Assembly (NCBI GenBank): GCA_904063045.1
Contig: CAJFCJ010000003.1
Span: 2,156,504 to 2,220,503 of the forward strand
Source: Dimorphilus gyrociliatus
Lineage: Eukaryota; Animalia; Annelida
Direction of reading: 5' to 3'
Length of the DNA: 64,000 nt
In this document: positions 1 to 13,430 of the stretch, one piece after another
Numbering within the stretch: the stretch's first letter is position 1
Layout of the letters: each line of letters starts with the position of its first letter
Translations under genes and position numbers: made by a program
Notes under the pieces: model-generated
Told to the model about the DNA's origin: nothing
The model's input: only the letters and a program-made list of their open reading frames with translations
The model's database searches: none

Positions 1-3000
1 TGCGGTAGGGCTAATTTTCCAACGGTCAACTTACTTCTGGCTGTACATTGAAATGAAAGTACAATATATAGTAAACTTAAAGTCACGATCTAATCCTTAA
101 ATCGTAAACTTACCGTATGTACAGTTTCCAGTTGGTTTCAGCCAATGTGTTCCATTGCAATATCTCGTCCATGTGTAATCCGTATAATTACAGCCCATTT
201 TCATCTTTTGACCTTTTCTCTCCGCCCAACCATGCTCTGGAGGTGGTAGGTTTGGGCATCCCCGAGCTTTTGATATGTAGTAATTATTATATAATTGGCT
301 AAAAATGGAACTAAACAAATAAAATGTTACCAAAGCACCTCTTACTATCACATTTTAAAGAACTTTAAGTATTATAGAGATGATAGAAGAGGAGAGAAAA
401 ACGAAAGCCAAGTCATCCGAAAAAATATACAACGACTAATTTACCCTATAAGTGTCAAAAAAGACGACCCCCGAGGTCTTTTGAACTGAGGCCATATTAC
501 TTAGCGGTGGAACTTTTGGATTTGGTTCAAAGAAATATTTTTAAAAGTGGTATTAAAAGTTCTGCTTCCGATCAAGTAATTCCTAAATCTTTCAACTTAA
601 CGAACGTTAAAAGGCTATTTAAAATGTAATAGAGAATAATGATAAATATATGATGATTTAGTAAACTGCCTAAAGCGGAACAACTCCTCCTCAATCAGCG
701 CAAATGCCATTTCAATTATCTGCAACAAGCGCCATCTAGGTATCTTCCGTGCCGGAACGAATCAAGTGGAAGAGGTCGGTTCGGTGGGGTCACAACTCAG
801 TAGAAGGCCATTTGCGTGATATACTTCGCTTTACTTAACGTGGCTTTTCATCTTTAGTGTTCTAGGTCTATGTAGTAGGATATTTTTCACCGGAGCGCGG
901 TAATTATCGAGCCGCCAGGTACTAAAGCATACATAAAATACTCATATACAAAATAAACGAAAGCACATATGCACACATTGTATAGACGTCGACGAGGTGA
1001 CAGCTAACTGAGTGACTCACTGCCACATATTATTATACAAATGTAAATATAAAAGAATATAGAGTATACTGTATATATAGGCTATTAAGACGCACACACG
1101 TGTGTGTATAGTATTATAAATATATATTAGTATAGAAATGTACCCTCCATGCATTATACTGTATATTCTTCATATTATATATTTAAACATTCGACAAGAG
1201 TGAAACTGTGAGAAAGTACGATAGGAAAAATCAACATTTATGTACGCGAGTATAATGACGAACGTCGGCGGTTATTCGGTGCCTTGGCGTTTTATAATCT
1301 AAGCCTTTAAATCCTAAGGTGCTTACCTTCGTAACGTAATAGGAAGTCGGTTGGGGTAAGGATAATCACTTTGATCCTATCGCCTGACGACTCGTACGTC
1401 TGATTCTTTCGGCAGAGATTCCTAGGACGTTTACCCTCTTCTTCAACAACCGCTATTGGTGCACAATTTTCACGATGGTTAACATCTCTTCCCTTAAGTC
1501 TCTCGAAAGTTAATAGTATCTTACGCCCCTTTTCCGCTTTTAGTTTTATAGGACATTTAAAACTGTCTTTAAATTTTTTAATTGTTCTTGTTGACAAATA
1601 TCGACTGTTTGTAGTCGCGGCGAAATTGGCATCCTTTGGTCTCATTTTGTCACAGAAATATGGTGAATTGGGAACGCAGTTATAGGTTAACTGTAACTCG
1701 CAGAAGAGATCTTTACACGGATTCAAATCGCCAAAATCATCAACAACTGAAATCTTGCAGTTGTTCAGCCCCGTACAACTTTCGTGTAGTCTATCCAAAA
1801 CATCAACACTGCATTTCTCTTCTGTGCTCGACATTTTAATACAATTATTTGTTCTAGTTCTGCCGTATATTGCCGTTCGGAAGACGAATACCCTACTCCT
1901 AGGGCAAGTTCGATCAAACTTACCACGCCAGCATACGTCCGTATGATTTCTTTCTGTTATTCATCAGGAGATTATTCAGATTTAAGTCATGGAGGGAATT
2001 GGTAAAGGAACATATACATAACGATAATAATTTAGTATTTTTAGAAGGGAAGAACAATAGGAAGCGGGAAAAAGAAAACTCTCTTAAGCGCCACTGCCCT
2101 TACATAAATACGAATCGGCGAAGCGTACGCAAAATATATGTTTCGCTTCGTATCGGCTCATGAATATTGCAGTTGGCTATAGCACCGACCGCATTGATGT
2201 GCGTCTATCAAAGATTGTTCGATAGCTCGGCGATCGATTTCACCGCCCGTATACGTATACGTTTTTATTTATATAGCAATATCGATTACTTATTAATTCG
2301 TCCGCTTCTTTTTAAAGGATGCTATCTATAGGCGAGGACGATATTACATATTTACATTCATAAAACGAACAATCTCTAAAAAAAGGAAACGAGTTTATTA
2401 CTTTCTCATATAGATATACTGTATATATACTGCACGATATATCATACACTTATTCTCTCTATAATATGTGTATAATATATTTTTTTGGAGAGAGAAGGGG
2501 AATGTTTCGTATTTGTGTCGGTAAGTATTGTGTCACGTCTAATTGATTGAACGCCGCCTCGAACGGACATTACGGTCGAAAATGGGCTAGTAGCGTGCGC
2601 GTAATTACCGAAAGTAGATTGTTTAGGCTTCGACTAGATCAGAAGCAAAGACCACTTTTCGTTCTCAAGCCGGAAATACCCCTCTTATCCGCCCAGGTGA
2701 AAATATACCCTAATGAATAAACGATACCAGAAACAAATCCAAGGAAAGAGGAAAGGGCGTGTCCCAATAGTCTTATAAAGGACAAGGTCGGATGTGAGCA
2801 AGATGAACACGCGATGGTAACAGGTTTTCAAAGACAAGTTTTTTTTAAAACTAAAAAATAGTGAAATGGGATTTTATATAGAGGAAAAGAAGCATACATA
2901 TTATATGAAGAAAGATAGAGGAAAAGAAAGCGGAAAAACAGCTACAAAGCTACGGACTCGTCTAACGAAGTCGGCTTTCTAGAATCTCTTCCTGCTCTTC

Positions 3001-3576
3001 CTTTTCTTCATAAAAGGGACATCTATTTAAAAATTTCATTCGCCCACTCTCAAACCGCCATCAATCATCCGGCTCTCGTCGTCTTGTTTGCTGATCAGGT
3101 AAACTCATACAAAAGCATGTCCCCCTTGACAATTTCAGCCCCCCATTCACTATACATAGGACTATGCATATATGTTTAGCATCAACTAGGAAAATTAGTA
3201 CTACGTGTATTCAGTAGAACTTAATCTATTATTTTTCTCAACTTATATTAGAATCAGCAAAATTGTCTTCTAACAAAAAAACACGCGCCTATTTTTGGAA
3301 ATAATTCTATCCTGGATTTTAGTAAAGTGCAGTTTATATCTGACAAACAAGTACGTATCTGCACTGACATAGAGATTCTATAAAAAAAGAATAAACGGTA
3401 TCGAAAAAAGAATCCGAATTAAAACTATAACAAGTGAATAATATAGGGGGAATATGTTTTTTGACTTGAAATCAATCACGAGTTGACGATAATTGATTTT
3501 TTTCATACTCACCTGTACACCAAATATACGTCAAATATAGGCCTATAACTGGAATGAATTTCCAGCATTTAGACAT
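1..3576 (-). CDS. Secreted or membrane SUEL lectin + CUB + sushi-like domain protein; 3' end runs off the window
   Basis: Hand-spliced exons 3513-3576 (signal peptide MSKCWKFIPVIGLYLTYIWCT, donor GTGAGT), 1327-1953 (SUEL: DVCWRGKFDRTCP..AIYGRTR..CSVDVLDRLHESCTG..NPC; CUB-like: CPIKLKAEKGRKILLTF..LLRYEG), 114-266 (CPNLPPPEHGW..GC..TWTRYCNGTHW..GNC) and 1-40. All introns are phase 1 with GT-AG ends. Confidence 0.8.
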
Positions 3577-4092
3577 ATTGGCCTAGAAGAAACAAAAAAG
3601 AAAGATACATGTGTATTTCCATTGAAAGATATTTTGAATTAAATTTCTAAAGTGTAATTGAAAAATATCCCTACCTAGGAAATGACGCTTGATTGGAGAG
3701 AGAAGACGCAACGACGTTAATATTGTGCTATTCCATTAAATACAGTGCATTAGTAGAGAGAGACGTCGGCGTTAATATGCGAATAATCCATACCGATTAC
3801 TTCGATAGCCTTTATTCGACGCCCTCACCGCTAGGCGGCGTTCAAACGTTGAAAAAAGCGCCGAAAAAAAAACACGGGCGTCAGTGACGGTTTCTTTAAA
3901 ATACGCACGTATAGTTTGCCTTTGCAGTAGGGCGGTGCAGCGTTTTACGCGCCGCCGAGCATTTTGCAGGGCGAGGATTGATCAGCGACGCTAAGTACAC
4001 TCGACGCTCGTATCGAACAATTTTAAATCGCCCGCTTTCCTATTCAAGTTCTGATTAGATTCGCGCTCGTTTTCGTCCGTTTTAATAGATTT

Positions 4093-5942
4093 TTATAAAG
4101 TAGCTTTACTTAAGTTGGTAAAACCGACGCCTACACATGTTAATAACAGTTTATCGCCTCCAGTCTTCAGATCACAATCCTCATCCGTCTTCAGTTTATC
4201 GAATTTAAAAATTACTTGAAAAAAGTCCCGGATGTGACGTAGCATTCCAATACTGTTGAAGAAAAAAGGAATGGAAATGTAAAAAGATAAAAAAAAATGA
4301 CGGCAGAGATTAATGACTATATTAAGTGTAAAAAACTGAAAGGTGTTTAAAAACAGTATATGACTCACCTGTAGGGTGACAAAGGGCCAGTACAAACTTT
4401 AGAAACGTTTTGTTCCCCCAAAGCTAGTAGAACGCAAGTTAGAGCCTGTGAACTTGAATCCACACAGCCTCCCTGTTTTATTGAAAAAAAATAATAAGAC
4501 TTAAATGCATTTTTATTTGGTATTAGTAGGAGAGTAAACAAAGAGAATTATTAAGTTTATATCGAATTTAAGTAGTATTTCGATATATATGCGTCAGGTA
4601 TACAGATTACAAAGTATATCTGTATTCCGATCCAAAACCACTTCATATGATATAAACCATCAGCTTCCAGTAAAATTAATATTATTCACGAGTATTTAAT
4701 CTAAACTCTTCCTTTAATCTTTAACATTTAGAATTTCATAGTGTAAATATTGCTGACGGATAACGTTCGAAATGGTAACATATTTTCCATTTGTCTATTT
4801 ATACATTAGTCTTTAATGCGTCCGCACTTGATAGAAACCTTAGAAGATATGTATTTATACGTATAAACTCTACAAAATCACTTACTCTATATATTTCATC
4901 CACTAAACATTTTGCGCAATTTTCACCTAAATCTTCTGGAACTGTTGGGCCTTTATCACTTCCCTTTGGTTCTGAAATTAATTCAGCACCATAAAATATT
5001 TCATTGTTTGTTTCGGCAACTAAAGCCATTCCAAAACCAGGAGAACTTCCGCTTTTTCTTCCCTTTGCATGATCCGAGTAAATATAAACGTCTGGAATAA
5101 ATTTATTCAAGATTCCTCTGGCTGAATCTATCATTCGATTACATATATTCGGCGCTACTCGGCAACCCCAAGCGATTCCTCGAATACGTTTAACTTTGCC
5201 CACTTCGGTCAACTGTAACGGACGCAGCTTTTGCCTACAAGGACAATTCACAATGACTTCACCACCTCCATCGGGAGCAGGGCCGCGTCGCGTTACTCTA
5301 ATGGACAGTCCTTCATCGGTACCGACAAATCTTTTAAGCACTGGAAGCATTGTAGATTTCAATAAATCCGGCTGTTAACAAAAAAAGTCAATATTTGTTT
5401 ATGGTATGTTGAAAACAAATAGAAGCTAAATTACCGAGAAATCATACTGATCATTCGTCACACCTGTCAATTTTGCATTTAAGGGTTCTTTCATAAATGG
5501 AGATATTATTAACAAAGGTTCTAAATAATAGCCTATGGATCTCTCTGTAGAGCATTCATGGTTTATTGAGCCACCCATCAGCATGCCAGGTTGAAAATAA
5601 AGACTAGTTCCTGTTTTTAAAAAGTATACGTACTAATAATTTGGAAATATTTTAATTAGTTTTACCTGTGGTATTTATTTCAACTCTTGTACCATTGGTA
5701 ACTTTTTCAATTAGGTCTAGAAAGTTTCTTTCGAAATCTGAAATGTAAAGTTCCCTATTATCGTAGCTTGCGATATAATTTTACAGCTAGATAAGACCTT
5801 TAACTCCGGGATCATCCTCAGATTTTCTTATTTTTTTAATTTTGATTGATTTACCACTAAGAACTGATAAGATAATTCGCTGCCTTAAAAAATTACAGCC
5901 TTCATAATTGAATAGCACATTTTTCCCCGACGAGTCTGCCAT
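4093..5942 (-). CDS. RCL1: RNA 3'-terminal phosphate cyclase-like protein (18S rRNA processing), multi-exon
   Basis: Starts MADSSG..YEGCNF; RRGPAPDGGGEV; GKVKRIRGIAW; GSSPGFG; exon near 4377-4473 GGCVDSSSQAL..LALGEQNVSK..GPLSPY; C-terminus GGDKLLLTCVGVGFTNLSK. Confidence 0.93.
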
Positions 5943-6214
5943 GTTTCTAAGAAATATGTTTCCATAGATTGATTCAAGGCAGTGTCCAGTTATCGCGGCT
6001 TAGATTGTTTCGAACACCATATTTTAGCCTCAATCATCAGTGTTTATTACATCTTTTAAAGATAACTTTATAGTTTTCCTTTAATGTTCGATTTCCGCTG
6101 TCACAATCGATCACGTTTGATCGTGAGAAACACCAGATATAAATTCATTATATATATAAGGAATGCGTAATTGAACATCTGAAGTTTAAAAACACTTAAA
6201 GAAATAGAGATATA

Positions 6215-7506
6215 ATGACTTTTCGATTTGCGTTCTTCCTTACTCTGGTGTATTTATACGGGTATAAATAAACATGAATAGTTACCCTAGATAAAGAGTA
6301 ATCGAATTTATAAACAGATCGAATGCTTACACTGGGTCTTCATCGATCCCAGATGCGGACGGAAATTTCCATGTGTACCAGTTGCCTGTAGGACAGGGTG
6401 ATGCCTATTTGTTGCAGTGTCCTTCTGGTCAGTTGTCATTTTTCGATTTGGGTTCGTCAGAGGATGCATTATCTGGATTTTGGAGAGAAAGCGACATTAA
6501 AGTGTACCTTGGCTCTCAACTTTCAAACGTAAAAAATATTTTTATAACTCACAATCATTTCGACCATTACAGTCTTATACCCGGTACTTTTACGGATGCC
6601 AGAAATCTTGAGAACATTTACGTATCCTGTACCGTGAATAATGCTCCAGCTTTTCTGTATAATTGGTTTGTTAACAGTAATTCTCTTTCAAAAGTGAGAG
6701 AATTCAACAGCGGGGATCATTGTGGAGCAAATGGCGTGTCATGTAATGCAGTTGATTTATGTCCAGCTTTCGATGGGGTTGTTGGTGTTGTTATGAATGT
6801 AAATGCCGGACAAAATTGTGAGGATGGAAATAAGAACATTGATTCTATTGTAATGAAGGTAACCTTTAATGAGGTTTCGGTCCTTCTTACAGGAGATTTT
6901 GAAGATGAAACTACCAGTGCAAGCGAACAAGGCACATAGATAAATAGATATAAATCTTTTATTTCCCTTAATTACACATATTATGTAACAATAAATTTCA
7001 ATAGATGGCGCCTTAACAGTTAAGATAAAAATATCTATTTATCTATGTCAGGAGCTCAAAAGCAACTCGTCGATTATTACGGAGATGCTTTGCAGTCAAC
7101 CGTTTTCATTCCTTCCCATCACACAGCGTCTAGATTGGCGAACAAACGAGTTTTGAGAGATGCCATTAAACCAAAAGCCCTTCTGACATCAAACAACCCT
7201 TGGTATCGTTATGGGCATCCTAGATGTCTTGTTTTACACGCTTTCAGAGATTATGTACAAACTCTTTGCAAGCCTGGCGTAACTGACCCGAATGATATAT
7301 TTTATTGTGGAGAACCAGTGGACTCATTGTCCCTAGAAGAGAAATTACAAACAAGCTATACTTGCGGTCATTCATCCTCTGATCTGGAAGAAATAGAGAA
7401 TAATGAATATGCTATCTACTCATCTACTCCCAAACAATCTGAAGCAAAATTGATCGAGTTTAAGACCGATGGTGTAAAATGGAACTTTAAAATAAAATCT
7501 GCCTAG
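6215..7506 (+). CDS. Secreted ComEC/Rec2-Pce-type metallo-beta-lactamase-fold hydrolase, 3 exons
   Basis: Signal peptide MTFRFAFFLTLVYLYGSNA across a phase-2 intron. Motifs VGQGDA, FDLGS, ITHNHFDH, SIV..LLTGDFE, SHH, IKPKALLTS and YGHP occur in the order typical of the ComEC/Pce MBL domain. Confidence 0.8.
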
Positions 7507-10500
7507 ACATTTCGTAAAAAACTGAATTATATATTAAATTTTGAATATTCAAAGGTATCCAAACTGCTTATGTACACGGGTATATTTGTCGGTCAATGAT
7601 ATTTAGTCCTATAATGTTTGCATTAGAATGCGCTCATATGACAACGGAAGACAGAAATCGAAGTATCATAAATCTAAAGTGCAATGCTAAGCTAAATTCT
7701 ATTTTAAATTCAGCGATCTACTTAACAGCGGTTTAATTAAGATTAAGAGAGCGAGTATAGAGAAAGAGGGGGGAGGAAATGTAATGAAAGATGCTGATTC
7801 GCAACTATACGTGTTCGATATTTAAAGCCTTCTTCCCGCTATACTACACTTTAATTTCCCAACAATGAATACTGTTAAATCGCTTATAATTTCCAGTTAA
7901 ATTAAGTCAAGTGGACAAAGTTTCAAGTTCAAAAGAAAAATCTAACCTCCCTTCGATTTATAAACAAGTCAATAAGTTTTATGGAATTTCTTATACAATT
8001 ACACAGTGATGTATTTGTTTTTAAAGAGGATCCAATATTCAATAGTTTCTTCTTACTAACGCTAAAAAAAGGTTGTAGTATTTTTTTTACGATCTAGTGT
8101 TCTTACGACAAAGTTTATTTTATTGGAAGTAAGTCGATGGTGAAACTCTACACTTCATTCTATTCAGTTTTTTGTTTTCTATCCTGCGATAAATTATTTA
8201 TAAAAAACCTAAATGATCTTATGTATTTTGCTACTTGTAATCAATGCTCACTTTTTATTTATTTATTTTATTGATCTCTTCTTGAAAAAATAATTATAAG
8301 CATATTATTCAATATTCTTAAAGTGGCCCCCTTTTTTATATTCTTGTTAATCCTATACCTTGAGGGGAGATCCTTTCATGCTTATTTGATAAACATAAAT
8401 GAGTATTACTTGGACAGGAACCGCTCGCCCAAGCTTTTTAAGAATAAATGAACACTTCAACATGGTTATTAACCTTGCAATCTATGCTATTGTACGAATG
8501 AAAATAGTTGGACCTTTATTGAATTGGCCCTAGTGGAAAGCACAGCTCGCTAATAATACCCATCACATTTTAGGCAAAATAAATAACTACAGAATTGACT
8601 TGTCTGTTTTTCTTCATATTTAAGATATACGAATAAATATACAGTATATACAGTATATATATATTTATATATATATATATATCCTATGTAATTGATCATT
8701 TTAATTGCACTTATGCACTTTACACTAAAAAAGCACCAAAAAGAGAGATCTATTTAACTAAAAATATCTATTTAAATAAAAATTCCTCTTTCAACATATT
8801 TTTAAAGATAAGAGAATTGTAAGAAAATGTGAAAGATTCTTTCTAAAAGTGGGAGTAATATCTTGCTCAATTGACTGCTGTTAAATGTTGCAGTAACATA
8901 CAAGAGAAACGTCAGCTGCTGGGGAATTAAGAGTTTTCACCTTACGTATGCCATGGAGTATTGATTTCGGCGAAAAACCCTTTAAATTCTATGTCTCTGA
9001 TATTTTCTTCTCTTATTTACCTCAAATAAAGAATAAAAAAATAGTATGTTTATTATTCACTTTTTAGTCTTATTTCACTGTTTATTTCTAGTCCAAAGCA
9101 CAAAGCGATGAACGCTAAAGTGAATTTTTTCAATTTACAAAAAATAAGCTGAATTATTATGTTTCTTGAAAAAATTGCTTATCAGAAATGATAAGACAAG
9201 AATGTAATTTGTTTTGACAAGTGTTCATTTCAGATAAAACCACTTGGTTGTTCTCTAGCTCAATGACATTCTTTTCCAAGTACGTTTTTCAAAATGAAAA
9301 ACTACAGATGGCGCTCTTTAAAAATTCTGCAAAACGTTTTTGCAACTAAAAAAATTCATAACAATAAAAGGCTCCTAATAAATGCTAAAATATCGCAGCG
9401 TAATAACGTAGAATCTTAGAAGAAACAACGACTTAACGTTGCTAAACACGAAACCATTTGAAGAAGGCAAGACGTTCCGAACGGTCAGCTGTTTCTAGCC
9501 TGACCTCATTGAGTAAGTACTTTTTCTGGCCAACGAAAATTCTTGTTGTTGAAATCTTTTCGTTTGTTATCTTATTTTCGATGTTATTTACTTTCAAAGA
9601 ATGGAATAAAAGATGTAAATTAGATATTAAAATAGGGACGATGAGGAAAAAGTAAAAAAAATATAGATTTTTCTCAAAATTGCATGGATATTTAATGATA
9701 GAATTACACTGCTGGTTTATATATAAATATAAAAATATATATATACCAGTTGTCACTGATGGAGCCAACTCCCATTGAACAATATTTATATGATTATTAC
9801 ATATACACTGTATATATATATTTAATTCAAATAATTGCTTCGTATAACCTTTCTATGAATTGATTTTTAAAACAAATAATTTTATTAAGAGAATATAATG
9901 AATGAATAATGAGTACTAATGAAATGAAAAGCTAAATCTCAATTAATATTTTTAGATATTAATTCTTATCTTTCTTCTATTTCGTTTGCTTTTAATTTGA
10001 AGAAATAAGTTAAAATCTCCCGCTGAGAAAGAAAAATATTACTGACAGACAATATCTAGTTCTAGTAGATACAAAGGGTAACGACCTCTTCGCACTAAAC
10101 AGAACTGTTAGTTGTTTGTCCCACAAAAAATGATTCTATTAAATAGTTGATTTTCTTTGTACGATTAGTTTAACATAATTAGAAAACTATGTGTTTATAT
10201 TCTATATTAATGATTTTAAATAAAAAATCTCTATATTAAAATAAATATAAAAAAATTAATTGAATTTTAAAGAGATTATTATTTACAGAAGATTAAAAAC
10301 ACTGAATATATTTAGAATAAATCAAATCGGTGTCCTCCAAACGAGATATGTATATCTAATTAGCGAAAAAACTCACAAATAATTGCTTTATAAACAGTAT
10401 ATAGATTTTATATAGATATTATAGTACATACACCAAACCATTGCATATGCTATTCATCTATTAGATATACTTTAAAAGAGGATCAACTTCAAGACTGAAA

Positions 10501-11050
10501 TATTTGTAGTTGGTGTAGACTTGCCAATGTACATCACAATTCACTTAGATTTAATCCAATTTTATATATATTGTCGTTAACTAATCAATTAAATAGATGT
10601 AGATAAAATAAATAGAAATCGTTGAAGGTAATATAAGTTTAAAGATGCGGGACAAGCTACAATTTCAAAATTCACTTTTTAAAGGATTATCCCAACAGTA
10701 TTTTCAAGCTATATTTTATATAGTTTACATTGAAATAAGCAGTTTAATTAATGTCTTCTATTACTCATCATTATGCTCTTATACGAATTAAGCTATTAAA
10801 AGTGCATGTCTTAACCATAAGTGTTATGATATGTGTTTTTAGAATTCGTAACGAGTTTTATTCTTGTTTGTTTTTGTCAAATCACTTTTTCTATGAAATT
10901 CCAAATTTAACAAACCTTTGGTTATAATATTGAAAGCTTTCGAAAAAATATTATATAGCATTCCTTTGACGTAAATCAGTAGATTGTTAACTTTCGCTCT
11001 TTACGATTGATAAAACTTAAATTGATAACGAATTACAATCTGGCAAAAGA

Positions 11051-11060
<10 letters not shown>

Positions 11061-11101
<41 letters not shown>
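11061..11101. repeat. (TA)n microsatellite, about 20 units
   Basis: Uninterrupted atatat run. Shorter TA tracts lie near 8650-8680, 57345-57372 and 58099-58120. Confidence 0.95.
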
Positions 11102-11104
<3 letters not shown>

Positions 11105-11743
11105 TATATATAAGTATAATAGATCTAGATATTTACAGAATTCGCACTAATTCAATAAACTTTGCTCTTTAAACTAATGAATAAGAGTCATACAGCTTCG
11201 AAATCTAGAACAACTGTACGATATCAGGTCGAGCCTAATTCATATGAGGATTAACGGCTGGTTGGATCTCTGGTTGCTATTATTCAAAAATGTTTTGTAT
11301 ACAAGATACGATAAATAATGTAATGAAAATTAGATTCAATTTAGGAAATTCGAAAACTGTGAGTGAGATTAATATACCTGTAGAGGCGTTTATATGCCTT
11401 GTTTTCATAATCATGTAGGCAAAACATACCGTTATATTTTCGGAATAATTCGTTCACTAAATAATAATTATTTATTATTAATTCGTTTCCGCGATGTGAA
11501 CTTAGTTGCCTGATTTTGCAAAATAATTTGAAACCAAATCGCATAAATCTAAACATTAATGTCACATTTCATTTTGATAAGATTTTTTTCTAATTTAAAA
11601 TCATTAAGTTATTAATAGGAAAAAATGGTATAACCTGGTACACACAATTTTTTTTATTTCGGAAACTCGAAAAAAAATATCTAACACATGTTGCATAAAT
11701 TATTTGTGTCATTCTTTTTACAATTTTTTTTCTACAGGAAGCT

Positions 11744-12907
11744 ATGGCTAATTGCGTAGATTCTACTTCGACGCCATCTGAGGAAGAGTTAGGTCTTTTT
11801 TCGCAATCTGAGGCTGTAGAAGGTGATGATGAAAGAGAAGAGGATAGTTCAGATTCCAACGTATCTACTCCTAAATTTTTAAGGAAAAGAGTTGGATTTT
11901 CTGATGGAACTTCATCAATATTGGATCCTCCACCCTTCGATGTTTCGGATGATGAAGATGAAAACGGTCTAGATTTATTAGCTAATACCAAAAAAGCTGT
12001 TAATCAGGCAGAAGAACTTGTTAGAAGAGTTTGGCAAAGAGGATGGCAAGTTGTTCATCACTCACATTTACCGAAATGGCTACAGGATAATAATTTTTTA
12101 GTGGGTGGACATCGTCCTCCATTAAGGTCTTTTTTGGCTTGTTTCAAGTCGATTTTTCGTATTCATACTGAAACAGGAAATATTTGGACTCATCTCTTGG
12201 GATGCGTTGCCTTCATTGGAGTAACAGTTTCCTTTCTGAGTAGGCCAAGTTTGGAAATACAATGGCAAGAAAAAGCGGTCTTCTCAACTTTCTTCATAGG
12301 CGCTATACTGTGTATGCTTTTCTCATTCCTTTTTCACACAGTTTACTGTCATTCGGAGGCTGTTGGAAAATTCTTTAATAAGTTGGACTATTGTGGTATA
12401 GCACTCTTAACAATGGGATCTTTCGTTCCTTGGCTATATTACAGCTTCTACTGCACAACAGCACCAAAAATTTCATATATGGCTCTGATTTTTATTCTAG
12501 GGACAGCTTGTATTGTTGTGTCAATGTGGGATAAATTTGCAGAACCACAGTTTCGTCCAATACGAGCCGGAACATTCATCGCTTTGGGTTTGAGTGGTGT
12601 CATACCTGCTATGCATTATGTAATCACCGAGGGTATTGATCGAGCTATAAATGTAGCTGCAATGGGTTGGCTTGTCCTTATGGCTCTTCTATATATTGGT
12701 GGAGCCTTAATTTATGCTTTCCGCATACCAGAAAGACTGTGGCCCGGAAAGTTTGATATCTGGTTTCAGAGTCATCAAATATTTCACGTTTTTGTTGTGG
12801 CCGCTGCATTTGTTCACTATCACGGAATTTCACAAATTGCCAATCATCGATTAACGTTTGGTAATTGTCTTGAGGCAGATCAAAATGGCAACCTGATAGT
12901 CAAGTGA
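11744..12907 (+). CDS. ADIPOR: Adiponectin receptor (PAQR family), intronless CDS
   Basis: LPKWLQDNNFL..GHRPPL; SIFRIHTETGNIWTHL; LDYCGIA; PERLWPGKFDIWFQSHQIFHVFVV; seven hydrophobic helices. A splice acceptor just before the ATG implies a 5'UTR intron. Confidence 0.96.
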   Translation: MANCVDSTSTPSEEELGLFSQSEAVEGDDEREEDSSDSNVSTPKFLRKRVGFSDGTSSILDPPPFDVSDDEDENGLDLLANTKKAVNQAEELVRRVWQRGWQVVHHSHLPKWLQDNNFLVGGHRPPLRSFLACFKSIFRIHTETGNIWTHLLGCVAFIGVTVSFLSRPSLEIQWQEKAVFSTFFIGAILCMLFSFLFHTVYCHSEAVGKFFNKLDYCGIALLTMGSFVPWLYYSFYCTTAPKISYMALIFILGTACIVVSMWDKFAEPQFRPIRAGTFIALGLSGVIPAMHYVITEGIDRAINVAAMGWLVLMALLYIGGALIYAFRIPERLWPGKFDIWFQSHQIFHVFVVAAAFVHYHGISQIANHRLTFGNCLEADQNGNLIVK

Positions 12908-13430
12908 GATTAAGGAATTTTTTAAACCATCGAAATTTTCATATTTTGTAAACTAAATTTGAGTGTATGTTTTGTCTAAATATCTGAAAGTACCCGATAA
13001 ACAAGTATTAAACGAATAAAATCGATTTTTTAAGTGAATCAACCAAATTGTCAAAGGATGATCTTCAAAAGAAAACTTCACTTTTTCATTCAAAAATAGG
13101 AATTGCTATCTCAACCTGCCAATGGACTTAGAGACATCCCCGTACTGACTGATCAGAATCAAAGTGTTAATATCAAGGGCTTTTTTTAAATTTATAAGTG
13201 GTTTTTCAAATCAAAGTAAGAAAAAATGTGTTTCTGTATTAGAAACAGTCACTCCGCAGTTAATATTAAGATTTGAGAGTTTTTCACCGGATCCGGAATT
13301 CCTCTATTATTTAATCGCGTACGTGAGTGATATTACAGTTAACAACAAATTTCGTAAATAAGACAGTGAGGATTAATTAAGTGAAGGAACTTCGAAGTAC
13401 ACTGCTCCTTAATTTTAAAAAGAAATCAGA

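Noticed and set aside
1093-1106. Perfect palindrome CACACACGTGTGTG
   Set aside because: Explained by abutting CA/TG dinucleotide repeats around one E-box; no other support.
8380-8560. Coding-looking patch (45-codon + ORF and an interrupted minus frame)
   Set aside because: Too short, no family motif and no convincing splice partners.
9442-9768. 108-aa and 65-aa ORFs
   Set aside because: Low-complexity AT-rich translations with no motifs; probably chance ORFs.
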